A DNA stretch of 64,000 nt from Thermodesulfobacteriota bacterium (GCA_965203965.1 CBDBDR010000017.1:800001-864000), one strand, 5' to 3'; counted from the stretch's first letter, positions 31,406-42,415 are shown. Numbers and translations are program-made. Notes: generated from the sequence alone by a model not told the origin.

Positions 31406-32641
31406 ATGGAACGGGAAAAAAATAGAGATATAATCGTCGGTTTGGATCTTGGTACTACAAAGATATGCGCCATCGTTGGTGAAATTACCAATGGTGAATT
31501 AAATATCATTGGAGTAGGTTCTCACCCTTCTTCTGGTTTGAGAAGGGGTGTGGTTGTCAATATTGATAAGACGGTGCAATCAATAAAAATTGCCACTAAG
31601 GAAGCAGAAAAAATGTCCGGCTGTGAAATCCAAAGCGTTAATGTTGGTATTGCCGGGGGGCATATTAAAGGGATTACTGGACAAGGAATGATAATATTGC
31701 GAGACGGAGAGGTCACAAGCCGCGATGTGGACAGGGTGATAGAAACCGCCGTCGCCATCACAATGCCAACAGACCGGGAGATTATTCACAAAATACCGCG
31801 GGAATACGTTGTGGATGGAGAAAGAGGAATAAAAGAGCCAATAGGTATGTGCGGGATCAAACTGGAGACTATCGTCCACATAGTGGCAGGACAGGTCACC
31901 GCGGCACAGAACCTTGTAAAATGTATACACCTAGCTGGTATGGACGTATCTAGCATCATTTTGGAGCAAATTGCATCCAGCACAGCCGTACTGACGGAGG
32001 ATGAAAAAGAAATAGGAGTTATTCTTATAGATTGTGGAGGTGGAACAACAGACATTGCCGTGTTTTCCGAGGGTAGCATCATATACACGGAAAACTTAAC
32101 ACTTGGCGGCGACCATTTAGACAAGGACATAGCAATCGGTCTTTCCGTATCGCTACCAAAGGCAAGAAAATTAAAGGAAAAATACGGCGTGGCAATGTCT
32201 GAATTAGTAGCTGGTGACGAAGAACTGATAACAATAGACAGTGTTCCTAAAAAAAAGAAGCGTCAAATCTCAAAAAATGATTTGGCAATGATAATAGAAC
32301 CAAGAATAGAAGAGATATTAAACCTTGCCAAAATAGAAGTGATGCAAAACACCAGTCAATCCTCTTTCGCCACCGGGGCAGTACTGACTGGTGGCTCAAT
32401 GATGATGAAAGGGACAGTGGAACTTGCCGAAAAAATACTTGGCATGCCTGTCAGATTAGGCATCCCTATGGAAGTAGGTGGATTAAAGGATATAATTGGG
32501 AATCCCATATACTCCACCGGGGTGGGTTTGGTTCAATATGGTTTGGATAATAACGAAAACAAAAAAATCAGGATCAGGGATGAAAATATTTTTAGAACAG
32601 TTCTTGACTCAATGAAAAATTGGTTTCATGAATTCTTTTGA
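31406..32641 (+). CDS. ftsA: Cell division protein FtsA
   Basis: GLDLGTTKI, DCGGGTTD, VLTGG, C-terminal amphipathic KNWFHEFF; ATG 31406. Confidence 0.95.
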   Translation: MEREKNRDIIVGLDLGTTKICAIVGEITNGELNIIGVGSHPSSGLRRGVVVNIDKTVQSIKIATKEAEKMSGCEIQSVNVGIAGGHIKGITGQGMIILRDGEVTSRDVDRVIETAVAITMPTDREIIHKIPREYVVDGERGIKEPIGMCGIKLETIVHIVAGQVTAAQNLVKCIHLAGMDVSSIILEQIASSTAVLTEDEKEIGVILIDCGGGTTDIAVFSEGSIIYTENLTLGGDHLDKDIAIGLSVSLPKARKLKEKYGVAMSELVAGDEELITIDSVPKKKKRQISKNDLAMIIEPRIEEILNLAKIEVMQNTSQSSFATGAVLTGGSMMMKGTVELAEKILGMPVRLGIPMEVGGLKDIIGNPIYSTGVGLVQYGLDNNENKKIRIRDENIFRTVLDSMKNWFHEFF

Positions 32642-32667
32642 GCTAAAATCTTACATAGGAGTAAACA

Positions 32668-33741
32668 ATGGCAAACTTCGAGATTGATTTTTCCACAGGT
32701 GTGGATACGAGTCGGGCAAAAATCAAGGTGATTGGCACCGGTGGTGCTGGTGGTAACGCTATAAACACCATGATTGACAAAAACCTCAGTGGTGTTGAAT
32801 TCATAGCCGCAAACACTGATGCGCAAGATCTGAAAAAATCTAATGCCCCAAGCAAGATGCAAATTGGAGGAAGAGTAACAAAAGGACTTGGGTCTGGGGG
32901 CAATCCTTCAATAGGCAAGGAAGCAGCCTTGGAAGATAACGCAAAAATAGCCGAAGCCCTAGAAGGAGCGGACATGGTGTTCATAACAGCCGGAATGGGA
33001 GGAGGCACCGGAACAGGGGCTTCCCCGGTAATTGCCCATATCTCCAGAGAGATAGGAGCACTAACTGTGGGAGTTGTAACGAGACCATTCACATTTGAAG
33101 GATCTAAACGTGGCGAGCAAGCAGCAGAAGGAATCAAATGCCTTGAAAAAGAGGTTGACACCTTAATCGTTATCCCAAATGACAGGCTCGCCTCGTATGA
33201 AACAAGCATTATAGAAGCTTTTCAAAAAGCTGACGAGATTCTTTATCAGGCTGTAAGAGGTATATCGGACATTATTATCGGTACCGGATACATTAACGTT
33301 GATTTTGCCGATGTTAAAAGTATAATGAGCGAAAATGGCGGAAAAGCACTGATGGGAACAGGATATGCAAATGGTGCCGGCAGAGGTGTTGAAGCAGCCA
33401 AGTCGGCAATAACAAGCCCACTTCTTGAAGATATATCAATTGATGGTGCAAAGGGGATTCTCCTCAACGTAACAGCGTCACCAGATTTTGGAGTAGAGGA
33501 GCTTGATGAAGCCTGCAGATATATAAAGGAACAAGCTCATGATGGTGTAAATCTTATTTTCGGTCTTGTAATAGACAAAGACGCAAACGATTCTGTGAGG
33601 ATTACCGTGATAGCCACCGGTATAGACAGTTCATACAATAGTAGAAATAGTAACATCATCACCGAACTTCCACAGAGGGAAATCGTACCAGAGGACGAAT
33701 TTGAAATTCCGGCGTTCATAAGAAAAAAAGAAAACCATTAA
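32668..33741 (+). CDS. ftsZ: Cell division protein FtsZ
   Basis: [16 protein letters not shown] tubulin signature, INVDFADV, C-terminal EIPAFIRK. Confidence 0.97.
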   Translation: MANFEIDFSTGVDTSRAKIKVIGTGGAGGNAINTMIDKNLSGVEFIAANTDAQDLKKSNAPSKMQIGGRVTKGLGSGGNPSIGKEAALEDNAKIAEALEGADMVFITAGMGGGTGTGASPVIAHISREIGALTVGVVTRPFTFEGSKRGEQAAEGIKCLEKEVDTLIVIPNDRLASYETSIIEAFQKADEILYQAVRGISDIIIGTGYINVDFADVKSIMSENGGKALMGTGYANGAGRGVEAAKSAITSPLLEDISIDGAKGILLNVTASPDFGVEELDEACRYIKEQAHDGVNLIFGLVIDKDANDSVRITVIATGIDSSYNSRNSNIITELPQREIVPEDEFEIPAFIRKKENH

Positions 33742-33766
33742 AGAACAAAGGGAAAAACAGTCCGGG

Positions 33767-34165
33767 CTATTTTACAGAATTGGTCTGAGTGCTTGATACC
33801 ACTGAAGTGTCCATTTCTATTCTAGGTGAGTCAAAGTATATACCTTCTATGTCATAGAACTCTCTGAAAGGAGCATAAAATATATGGACTATTATATCCG
33901 AGACATCTATTAGTATCCATTGCTTTTTGATCTTTCCTTCAATACCTACAATTTTTATGTTGTTTTTCCTGAGTGTTTTTTCAACATTATCGGCAATAGC
34001 TTCCGTGCCCCTGGCTGAGACGGCACTGCAAATTACAAAATAATCCGCTACACCACTCTGCTCAATCACTTCAAGGATTACAGTATCTTCCGCTTTTTTA
34101 TCCAACGCCGAACTTGCTATGAGAACTGCCTTGTCAATTGATGATTTAGTTTTATTCTCCGGCAT
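33767..34165 (-). CDS. rsfS: Ribosome silencing factor
   Basis: DKKAED, ADYFVICS, WILID..DIIVHIF, REFYDIE; follows nadD. Confidence 0.92.
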   Translation of the reverse strand: MPENKTKSSIDKAVLIASSALDKKAEDTVILEVIEQSGVADYFVICSAVSARGTEAIADNVEKTLRKNNIKIVGIEGKIKKQWILIDVSDIIVHIFYAPFREFYDIEGIYFDSPRIEMDTSVVSSTQTNSVK

Positions 34166-34808
34166 ATAGATTTTCTTTTAGTATGTAGGATCTGAGATCG
34201 TCCGGGATAAAATATCTGATGGATTTTTTATCTCTTATCAAATTTCTCACTTTACTTGACGATACATCTATACCTTTAATTTTCAAAAATATCAATTTAT
34301 TCAGGCTGTTATGCTCATACACCGTCACATCTCTACCAGCTTGCTTCAGCGTAAACATTGATCTCAACTTTAATGGTATGTATAAACTGGACTCTGCAGT
34401 TTTAACACCAGGTCTTTCTATTACAACAAAGTTTGAATAAAGGAAAAGATCCTGAAACTGGTGCCACTTGTCAATTTTAGCCAGATTTTCCGTTCCAAGA
34501 ATAAAATAAAGCTGAGTATTCTCATAGCTGTCCACAAAATGTTTTAAGGTATCTATTGTGTATGATATTCCTTCTCTCTTTAATTCAACATCCGAGACCT
34601 CAAATTTTGAATTGCTTCCAGTAGCAATCTGAAGCATGTGAAATCGCTTCTCCGCTCCGTGAGAATCCTTCTTCTTAAATGGATGAACGGAAGTGGGAAT
34701 AAAGATAACCTTGTCAAGCAAGAACATCTCGGTTATCTCTTCTGCTGCTCTAAGGTGCCCTATATGGACTGGGTTAAAACTACCACCGAACAAGCCGATT
34801 TTTCTCAT
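34152..34808 (-). CDS. nadD: Nicotinate-nucleotide adenylyltransferase
   Basis: GGSFNPVHIGH, SYTIDT, VSSSKVR. Confidence 0.94.
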   Translation of the reverse strand: MRKIGLFGGSFNPVHIGHLRAAEEITEMFLLDKVIFIPTSVHPFKKKDSHGAEKRFHMLQIATGSNSKFEVSDVELKREGISYTIDTLKHFVDSYENTQLYFILGTENLAKIDKWHQFQDLFLYSNFVVIERPGVKTAESSLYIPLKLRSMFTLKQAGRDVTVYEHNSLNKLIFLKIKGIDVSSSKVRNLIRDKKSIRYFIPDDLRSYILKENLYAGE

Positions 34809-34814
34809 AACTGG

Positions 34815-35927
34815 TTACAAATTTGCCTCAATCATCAACTCATTTCCAAATTTTTTCATACAAACTTTCTTTAAGCTGAGAGCATCATTCATATCCTTTA
34901 TTGCAAGATCCGAAATCATACTTATACCGTCCCCGCCGACTATTTTCGGACAATAGAAGAACACAATCTTATCAACAACACCCTCTCTCAACGCAGATGA
35001 TGCAACCTTGCTTCCTCCTTCTATTAAAACAGTTGTAAACTCCATGCCTGCCAATCTGCCTAGAATACTCTTCAAACTCATCTTGCCAGATTCATCTGTA
35101 TCTGAATACAAAATTGTTGCTCCAGCCCTTTCAAGCAGCATTTTTTTTCTCTTGCTTGAGTTCGGCAAAGCGACTATTATGCAGTTTTTATGAACCTTGA
35201 ACACATTTGAATCTGGACTTATCCTCAGTTTGCTGTCAAGAACAACCGGTACAGGCTGTAGTAGATTTCTTTTTTGTATTCTCACGTTCAGGTTTGGATT
35301 ATCTTTTATCACCGTATTTATACCAACAATGACACAATCCATCTTATTCCTCAGATGATGAGCCATTTCTCTTTGCCTTGTGCTACCGATCCACTTTGAA
35401 TCACCAGTAACGGTTGCTATTTTACCGTCAAGGGTTGATGCGAGCTTCAACACCACGTAAGGCATTTTCTCCTTAATGTATTTAAAGAAAAACTGGTTTA
35501 CCTTTTTTGCCTCCTCTCCAAGCAAGCCAACTTCAACATCAACGTTTGCCTCACGAAGTATTGATACACCTTTACCGCACACCTTCGGATTTGGATCGTA
35601 AGCACCAACAAACACCTTTGATATACCGCTTTCAATTATTGAATCAGTGCAGGGAGGTGTTCTCTTGTCTCGATGACAGCAAGGTTCCAAATTCACGTAA
35701 AGAGTTGAACCTCGTATTTCTTGCCCACTTTTTTCCGCGTCTCTTATGGCGTCTATTTCAGCATGCGCCAGACCTGCTCTTTTATGATAACCTTTCCCTA
35801 TAACCTTTCCCTTTTTGACAAGCACAGCTCCCACAAGTGGGTTTGGACTCGTCATCCCTTCTGCTTTTTTAGCGAGCTTCAAAGCAAGTCTCATAAATTC
35901 AGTATTTTTATCTTCTTTTATTTTCAT
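34815..35927 (-). CDS. ribD: Bifunctional riboflavin deaminase/reductase
   Basis: PNPLVGAV, HAE, LEPCCH..RTPPC, STLDGKIA, EGG. Confidence 0.95.
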   Translation of the reverse strand: MKIKEDKNTEFMRLALKLAKKAEGMTSPNPLVGAVLVKKGKVIGKGYHKRAGLAHAEIDAIRDAEKSGQEIRGSTLYVNLEPCCHRDKRTPPCTDSIIESGISKVFVGAYDPNPKVCGKGVSILREANVDVEVGLLGEEAKKVNQFFFKYIKEKMPYVVLKLASTLDGKIATVTGDSKWIGSTRQREMAHHLRNKMDCVIVGINTVIKDNPNLNVRIQKRNLLQPVPVVLDSKLRISPDSNVFKVHKNCIIVALPNSSKRKKMLLERAGATILYSDTDESGKMSLKSILGRLAGMEFTTVLIEGGSKVASSALREGVVDKIVFFYCPKIVGGDGISMISDLAIKDMNDALSLKKVCMKKFGNELMIEANL

Positions 35928-35975
35928 ACAAAATTACTGCAAAAATTAGATAGCTGAACGGTAAGTAGAAAAAAT

Positions 35976-37301
35976 TCAATGAATTATCTCATCTTCACTG
36001 AAAAACAGTGCCTCCACAAACTCATCGGCGTTAAATTCCTTGAGATCATCAAGACTTTCTCCAATTCCTATATATTTAACTGGAATGTTCAATTCATCTG
36101 CAATGGCAATTATAATTCCCCCTTTAGCAGTGCCGTCCAACTTGGTTAAAGCCACGCCCGTAACGTTAATTGCTTCCTTAAACGTCCTTGCCTGTTGCAA
36201 GGCATTCTGACCAGTTGTTGCATCAAGAACCATAAGCACCTCATGTGGTGCCCCAGAAATTTCCCTTCCGATAACGCGATTTATTTTTTTCAACTCATCC
36301 ATTAATTTCGCTTTGGTATGAAGTCTTCCAGCAGTGTCTATGATTAAAATATCAATGTCTCTCGCCTTGGAAGCATTTAAAGCATCATAGGCAACTGCCG
36401 ACGGATCGGCTCCGGGATTTCCTTTGACAAAATCGCTGCCCACTCTTTTTGACCACACTTCCAACTGCTCAGTTGCTGCTGCCCTGAAGGTGTCACATGC
36501 TGCAACCATGACCTTGTAATCGTTTTTAATAAATTTATTTGCCAACTTACCAATTGTTGTTGTCTTGCCAACGCCGTTGACTCCTCCAACTACCATTACA
36601 GTCGGCTTATGGACAATCTCAATAGCTTTACCTTCGGCATTGCTTAATATATGCAAAATCTCATCTTTTAGTTCCGCTCTTACTTCACGAGATTCTTCCA
36701 GAGAACTTCCTGAAAGGGAAGTTTCAATCTTCTCCCTGAGCTTCATTGTAGTTGCAACTCCGATGTCGGATGATATTAACAACTCTTCAAACTCATCCCA
36801 GAGATCGGAGTCAATCTCCTTCTTTAACAGCAGATTTTCTAACTTCCCCAGTAATCCCGCATTTGTTTTGGACAGTCCCCGTATCAAATTTGAAAACACA
36901 CCTTCCCGCTCCGCGACTTCAGATTTTTCTTCCCGTGGCACTGTTTCAACCGATGGTTGCAAATCAGGCTCAATCGTTTCTTCGGAAATTTTGGGAGTAT
37001 CCACCTTGATAGATGTCTGTTCCGCAACAAGAGGTGGTTCATTCACTACAAACACGGATTCAGTTTTTATAATCTCCGGTATTTCGTCTGCCGGGGGAGT
37101 TTGACGAGATGCAGGTTTTTCCTTCACTTCTTCAAAACTGCTCGGTTCTTGTATTATTTCCCTTTTTTCCACGAACCTAGAAAAAACAAAGACAACTAAA
37201 TAAAGGAAAACAAATAGGACGGAAACCACTATCAAATCGAAATACGGAGATGGATAAGTATTAACTAAGTTAAACAGATAATTCACAAGTCCGACCTCCA
37301 T
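35976..37301 (-). CDS. ftsY: SRP receptor FtsY with N-terminal TM anchor and acidic linker
   Basis: GVNGVGKTTT, DTFRAAA, DTAGR, TKLDGTAKGG; hydrophobic N-terminal segment; exact start uncertain. Confidence 0.93.
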   Translation of the reverse strand: MEVGLVNYLFNLVNTYPSPYFDLIVVSVLFVFLYLVVFVFSRFVEKREIIQEPSSFEEVKEKPASRQTPPADEIPEIIKTESVFVVNEPPLVAEQTSIKVDTPKISEETIEPDLQPSVETVPREEKSEVAEREGVFSNLIRGLSKTNAGLLGKLENLLLKKEIDSDLWDEFEELLISSDIGVATTMKLREKIETSLSGSSLEESREVRAELKDEILHILSNAEGKAIEIVHKPTVMVVGGVNGVGKTTTIGKLANKFIKNDYKVMVAACDTFRAAATEQLEVWSKRVGSDFVKGNPGADPSAVAYDALNASKARDIDILIIDTAGRLHTKAKLMDELKKINRVIGREISGAPHEVLMVLDATTGQNALQQARTFKEAINVTGVALTKLDGTAKGGIIIAIADELNIPVKYIGIGESLDDLKEFNADEFVEALFFSEDEIIH

Positions 37302-38002
37302 AAAACCCTACCGATAAAAAATGGCCCCATGCTCTCAATATACATTGATGTTTGTCTGGTTTTTCTCATAGCCTGCACGACTGCCGATATTGGATAAAGC
37401 TCTCCGCTTAAAATACCTATGACAAAATCATTGTCGTTTCTATCCAGTCCATAACAGGCAAGCCTTATATCTTTTGCGTAACCAGCTTTACCAAACTTAA
37501 ATCCGACCTTCCCATGCTCTCCAAGAATAGATCGCTGATCCTCACCCGGCAACAATTCAAAACTCTTTGATCTACGTAGAGGATACCACACCCCCCACTC
37601 CATATTGCTGTCCAGAACCTTTTTTCTTGGACCTAAAATCAGGGTCTGTTCAAGGTCGCTCTCATACCCGAATGAATAAGTCCGTCCAAACATAGTGTAT
37701 GCAGGTTTAATCTCAAGGGTTTTGAAAGGATCTTGGTTTAAGTATCCTCTCAAATCTTCCACGAAATAGCCGGGATACTCCGACATTACAAGAAGCCCAA
37801 TACCGTAAGGGTCATTCAAATCCGCATACAGCACCCCATCTAAGCCAAACTTTTTTAGACTTGACGCCAGATTGTCCGGGTCATTACACCCGCCAAACAC
37901 AAGAAGTTGCATAAAAAACCTTTTATGGCTCGAAATTACGGTGCCGTCTTTCAGCCTGCCTTTTTCGGAAATATCAACCTTATCTTCTTTATTAGACGTC
38001 AT
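37283..38002 (-). CDS. Chlorite dismutase/coproheme decarboxylase (HemQ/ChdC) family heme protein
   Basis: WYPLRR, proximal EHG, GLD.NDFV, MRK, GPFFIGR. Confidence 0.78.
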   Translation of the reverse strand: MTSNKEDKVDISEKGRLKDGTVISSHKRFFMQLLVFGGCNDPDNLASSLKKFGLDGVLYADLNDPYGIGLLVMSEYPGYFVEDLRGYLNQDPFKTLEIKPAYTMFGRTYSFGYESDLEQTLILGPRKKVLDSNMEWGVWYPLRRSKSFELLPGEDQRSILGEHGKVGFKFGKAGYAKDIRLACYGLDRNDNDFVIGILSGELYPISAVVQAMRKTRQTSMYIESMGPFFIGRVLWRSDL

Positions 38003-38013
38003 TATTGGCTTTT

Positions 38014-39678
38014 CTATTCCGCTACAGTTCCCTCTTCTTCATAGTCATCCTCTAGGTCAAACTGTGATTTTGCATCAATGTCCTGCAATATAATCCTTTT
38101 TTTCAACTCTTCACTGATTTGCTTTGCGCGATTGTGAAAAAAAGTATCATAATCATCGTCCCATATACCGAAACTATCCAAATCATCAATAAGATGTGTT
38201 TTCATAGTATCTGACAAATTTGGATTTGTTTCATTAAATTTTTTCATATAATGCGACGGTGGTTTTGCTTTTATCTCTCTCTTATTAAGATAGTCATCAA
38301 CAATAGTAATGTTCAATATATGGTTAATCTTACTGTCATCACTTTTATTTTTTAAATAAGCCTTTGGGAAAAAATGATGATAGTTCTTGCTGTTGGCTCG
38401 CTTTAACCAAGAGTTATCAATATTGATTAAAGCATCACTACTGAAAGATTTTGGCTGGTGATAGGCATAGATACATAAAATTGCTTTTATGTAACTACGG
38501 CCAGCACTAAACTGACCATTTCTAATAATATAGTCGGCTGATGGATTAATTGGCCAATCATACGAAGGTCGTTCGTCTGAAAGTATACAATCTATCTTCT
38601 TAATATCTTGGGCAAGTTTGCTTTCTAAAGCAGACGAGTAACGACCCGATAAAGAACATCGCCAAAAAAAGTCTTGTAAGTATTGTTGCTTATCGCCAGT
38701 GGGTTTGTCCTCATGTTTGAAGAAAAAGTATGCAAACGGAACTATGAGTGCGTTATATGGTAGCAAGCTAGAAACGGGTATTCTGAAATAACTCCTGAAA
38801 TAGTCAACAGCGCTCTTTATAGCATCAACCGCCTTATCCCAAGTTTCAATAAATTTATCTTTATCTAACTGGAGTATGACTCCCTTCTTACATTCACCTT
38901 TGAGTATCATTGAAACTACTTGCAGAACACTAGAATCCGATATGGTTTCATACTTTGAGCCCTCAAGTTCATCAATAAGTTGCTGATATTTTTCTGACAA
39001 ATCAAAATCTTTTTCGTAATCAAACGTTTTTGCAACCATTATTTCAAATGACGAGAGAGATTTTCCTCCAACATTAATTCTAGTGAAAATTTCAGTAGCA
39101 ATTTCTATTGGGGTATCATTAACTTGGACAATTGGATATTGGAAATTTTCAATACTTTTTTTATACAATTCAATTTTGCCGTAAAATTCCCTTGGATACT
39201 CTGCTAAAACACTAAGATCACCAGTCAATAGATCAACCACTCTTATAGATTTTGACTCTTCACTACCCAGTTCAGTCGTTACGATTTGTTCATGTTCTTC
39301 TTTGTCAAGATTTATAAACACCTTAGAAAAGTCATCTTCTTTTCCATTTTCTCTTTTTACAGAAATACCTTCTAAGCAAGCATATATGCTGGTTAGACGT
39401 TGTTGACCGTCAAGCACATAATATAAATATTCTCCCTCTTTCGGTTCTGGCAGTTGTTGGTTTCCCAAATTTTTAACGGAACGCAACCTTTCGTTTGTTT
39501 TCCATAAAATAAACGTGCCAATTGGATAACCTTTGATTATGCTGTCAATTAACCCAGCGGATTTCTGAATCTCCCATATAAAATCCCTCTGAAATTGAGG
39601 TATTTTTATCTGTCCCTTTCTTATTTCATCAATAAGAGTTGAAAACGGAACATTTCGTGGTTCAGGTAGTCTGACCAT
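38014..39678 (-). CDS. DUF262 (ParB/Srx-like) plus C-terminal HNH-type domain protein, GmrSD-like
   Basis: IPQFQRDFIW, VLDGQQRLTS, FTRINVGG; C-terminal HHFFP...N....N His-Me-finger pattern. Confidence 0.85.
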   Translation of the reverse strand: MVRLPEPRNVPFSTLIDEIRKGQIKIPQFQRDFIWEIQKSAGLIDSIIKGYPIGTFILWKTNERLRSVKNLGNQQLPEPKEGEYLYYVLDGQQRLTSIYACLEGISVKRENGKEDDFSKVFINLDKEEHEQIVTTELGSEESKSIRVVDLLTGDLSVLAEYPREFYGKIELYKKSIENFQYPIVQVNDTPIEIATEIFTRINVGGKSLSSFEIMVAKTFDYEKDFDLSEKYQQLIDELEGSKYETISDSSVLQVVSMILKGECKKGVILQLDKDKFIETWDKAVDAIKSAVDYFRSYFRIPVSSLLPYNALIVPFAYFFFKHEDKPTGDKQQYLQDFFWRCSLSGRYSSALESKLAQDIKKIDCILSDERPSYDWPINPSADYIIRNGQFSAGRSYIKAILCIYAYHQPKSFSSDALINIDNSWLKRANSKNYHHFFPKAYLKNKSDDSKINHILNITIVDDYLNKREIKAKPPSHYMKKFNETNPNLSDTMKTHLIDDLDSFGIWDDDYDTFFHNRAKQISEELKKRIILQDIDAKSQFDLEDDYEEEGTVAE

Positions 39679-39731
39679 CGTCTATCAATCCTCTTCTCAA
39701 TGCTTCTGTATAATTCTAAAACACCGCAAGC

Positions 39732-41246
39732 TTATCTGTACTCACTTTCCTGTGTCGCTACAATGAGGTCATTCAACGACATTTCCGCAAACCTGTGAAC
39801 TTTGCCATTATCAAGACTTAATGCTCCAGCGACCATCTCACCGTAAGAGTGATCAGCTTTATAAAAATGCACAACCTGTCTTGCTTGTATTCTTTCAGGC
39901 ACGTTCTGCATTGCTTCCGCAATGTTGGAAACAAGCCTCTTCTGCTCTTCTTTGTTCATTAACCTGAACAGATTTCCCGGTTGGGTATAGTCGTCATTTC
40001 CATCTCTGTGATCATGTCTGTCAACATAACCGTCTACTTGCAAAGAGGGCTCCGAGTAGCTCGGATCTTCAACGGGACCACCAAAACTGTTAGGCTCATA
40101 ATTAACTGAATCTCCACCATTTCCGTCCGACCTCATATTGCCATCCCTGTGATAGTTATGGTAGGGACATTTTGGTTTGTTGATGGAAAGTGAAGCATAA
40201 TTCACACCTATCCTGTAACGGTGTGCATCCGCATAAGACATTATTCTTGCTTGCAGCATCTTGTCCGGTGACCAACTTATGCCGGACACAACATTTGAAG
40301 GCTCAAAAGCAGCTTGCTCTATATCCTCAAAATAATTCTCTGGGTTACGATTAAGCTCAAGTATTCCAACCTCTATAAGCGGATAATCACCGTGGGGCCA
40401 AACCTTGGTCAAATCAAACGGATTCAGATGATAATTCTTTGCATCTTCCTCTGGCATTATTTGAACACAGAACTTCCACTTTGGATAGTCCCCTCTCTCT
40501 ACTGCCTCAAACAAGTCTTTCTGTGAGCTTTCCCTGTCGCTTGCAACAACTGTTTCTGCTTCTGCATTTGTGTAAAACTTTATCCCCTGCATGGTTTTAA
40601 AATGAAATTTAACCCAGAACCTCTCATCTTTTTCATTGATGAAACTATAAGTGTGGCTTCCATATCCATTCACGTTACGGTAGCCAACAGGTAGTCCTCT
40701 ATCGCTGAACAGGATTGTAACTTGATGAAGGCTTTCGGGGCTCAACGACCAGAAATCCCACATTGCAACGGGCGATCTCATATTTGTCTTTGGGTCTCTT
40801 TTTTGAGTGTGAATAAAATCTCCAAACTTGTATGGGTCCCGCACAAAAAACACAGGGGTATTATTGCCCACCATATCCCAGTTACCTTCTTCGGTATAAA
40901 ACTTGATCGCAAATCCTCGTACATCCCTTTCAGCATCGGCGGCACCGCGTTCCCCGGCAACGGTTGAAAACCTGACCAATGCCCCGGTTTGTTTGCCAAT
41001 CTTAGAAAATACTTTCGCTCTAGAATACCGTGTAATGTCATTTGTTATCGTCAGTGTTCCAAACGCTCCCGAACCCTTCGCATGAACCACTCTCTCCGGA
41101 ACTCTCTCTCTATTGAAAGTCGCCATTTTTTCAAGCAGTTGATAATCCTGCATTAACAGTGGCCCTCTGGAACCAGCCGTCAGTGAATTTTGATTATCGG
41201 CAATTGGATTGCCATGAGCCGTGGTTAAAGTTTTTTTCTCAGACAT
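39732..41246 (-). CDS. katA: Monofunctional small-subunit heme catalase
   Basis: [32 protein letters not shown], proximal [12 protein letters not shown]. Confidence 0.96.
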   Translation of the reverse strand: MSEKKTLTTAHGNPIADNQNSLTAGSRGPLLMQDYQLLEKMATFNRERVPERVVHAKGSGAFGTLTITNDITRYSRAKVFSKIGKQTGALVRFSTVAGERGAADAERDVRGFAIKFYTEEGNWDMVGNNTPVFFVRDPYKFGDFIHTQKRDPKTNMRSPVAMWDFWSLSPESLHQVTILFSDRGLPVGYRNVNGYGSHTYSFINEKDERFWVKFHFKTMQGIKFYTNAEAETVVASDRESSQKDLFEAVERGDYPKWKFCVQIMPEEDAKNYHLNPFDLTKVWPHGDYPLIEVGILELNRNPENYFEDIEQAAFEPSNVVSGISWSPDKMLQARIMSYADAHRYRIGVNYASLSINKPKCPYHNYHRDGNMRSDGNGGDSVNYEPNSFGGPVEDPSYSEPSLQVDGYVDRHDHRDGNDDYTQPGNLFRLMNKEEQKRLVSNIAEAMQNVPERIQARQVVHFYKADHSYGEMVAGALSLDNGKVHRFAEMSLNDLIVATQESEYR

Positions 41247-41339
41247 TTTATACCCTCCATTTGTATTTTGCGCGGACTAATAATATCCAGTGTTTATGCT
41301 TAAATAAATTACTGTGAAATGCTAAAATAACAAACAATT

Positions 41340-42407
41340 ATGAACGGGTTGAAAAACGCTGGCAAATCCTTCAAAGGTCGTGGGGCAAGCTTTAACCCAA
41401 CAAACAGGTTTGAAAGGATTGACTATACAATTGACGAGGAAGAGATTGACAATCTCAAAAAACCAAAAACCGTATTTTACAATGATGTTACAAAAACTAT
41501 TCTAACCTACAACGATAGCCCTGATACCGGCTTTGACGTTGGAGTCAACCCATACAGAGGTTGTGAGCACGGCTGTATCTATTGTTACGCAAGACCAACT
41601 CACGAATTTTACGGTCTCTCTGCCGGATTGGATTTTGAGACGCAAATATTTGTCAAGAAAAACGCACCTTCTTTGCTGAAAAAAGAGTTGAGCTCTAAGA
41701 GATGGAAACCCCGGCCGGTTGCCATCAGCGGAAATACGGACTGTTACCAACCTGCGGAAAAGCATTTCAAGCTAACGCGAAGTTGTCTTGAGGTATTTTT
41801 GGAATTTAAAAATCCTGTTGGAATAATCACAAAAAACCACCTCATAACGCGAGATATTGATATACTCAGAGAGCTGGCTGAATTTAATTCTACAATTGCA
41901 GTGATTTCCATCACAACTCTGGATGCAAGACTTACGGGAGTAATGGAGCCACGTACTTCGCGCCCCCACTTGAGATTAAAAACAATAGAAAGACTGTCGG
42001 AAGCAGAAATTCCCACGATGGTTCTGATAGCACCGATTATCCCAGGACTAACTGACCATGAAATACCGCAGATTGTTCAGAGTGCAGCCAATGCCGGGGC
42101 AGAGAGAGCAGGTTATGTTATGTTGAGGCTGCCCCATACAGTCTCTGAGCTTTTTATTGAATGGATAGAAAATCATTTTCCCAACAGAAAAAATAAAGTA
42201 TTGAACCGCATTAAATCCGTAAGAAAAGGTAATCTCAGCAGTTCTCAATTTGGCAGTCGTATGGTTGGAGAAGGTATTTTTGCCGAACAGGTTAAAAACC
42301 TTTTTGAGATATCATGCCGCAAAACTGGAATAAATTATGGTAAAATCAGGCTCTCAGTAGACCACTTCAATAATCCATACAGTAAACAGCAGAAACTGTT
42401 CAAATAA
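41340..42407 (+). CDS. PA0069-family radical SAM protein (spore photoproduct lyase-related)
   Basis: GRGA..NP..RF, NPYRGCEHGCIYCYARPTH, TDCYQP, MEPR. Confidence 0.9.
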   Translation: MNGLKNAGKSFKGRGASFNPTNRFERIDYTIDEEEIDNLKKPKTVFYNDVTKTILTYNDSPDTGFDVGVNPYRGCEHGCIYCYARPTHEFYGLSAGLDFETQIFVKKNAPSLLKKELSSKRWKPRPVAISGNTDCYQPAEKHFKLTRSCLEVFLEFKNPVGIITKNHLITRDIDILRELAEFNSTIAVISITTLDARLTGVMEPRTSRPHLRLKTIERLSEAEIPTMVLIAPIIPGLTDHEIPQIVQSAANAGAERAGYVMLRLPHTVSELFIEWIENHFPNRKNKVLNRIKSVRKGNLSSSQFGSRMVGEGIFAEQVKNLFEISCRKTGINYGKIRLSVDHFNNPYSKQQKLFK

Positions 42408-42415
42408 GTAACCGA

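Noticed and set aside
5813..39678. A Dnd/Ssp phosphorothioation system formed by a desulfurase and the DUF262 protein
   Set aside because: The genes are about 27-31 kb apart and no DndC/SspD, DndD/SspC or SspB homolog is present in the window.
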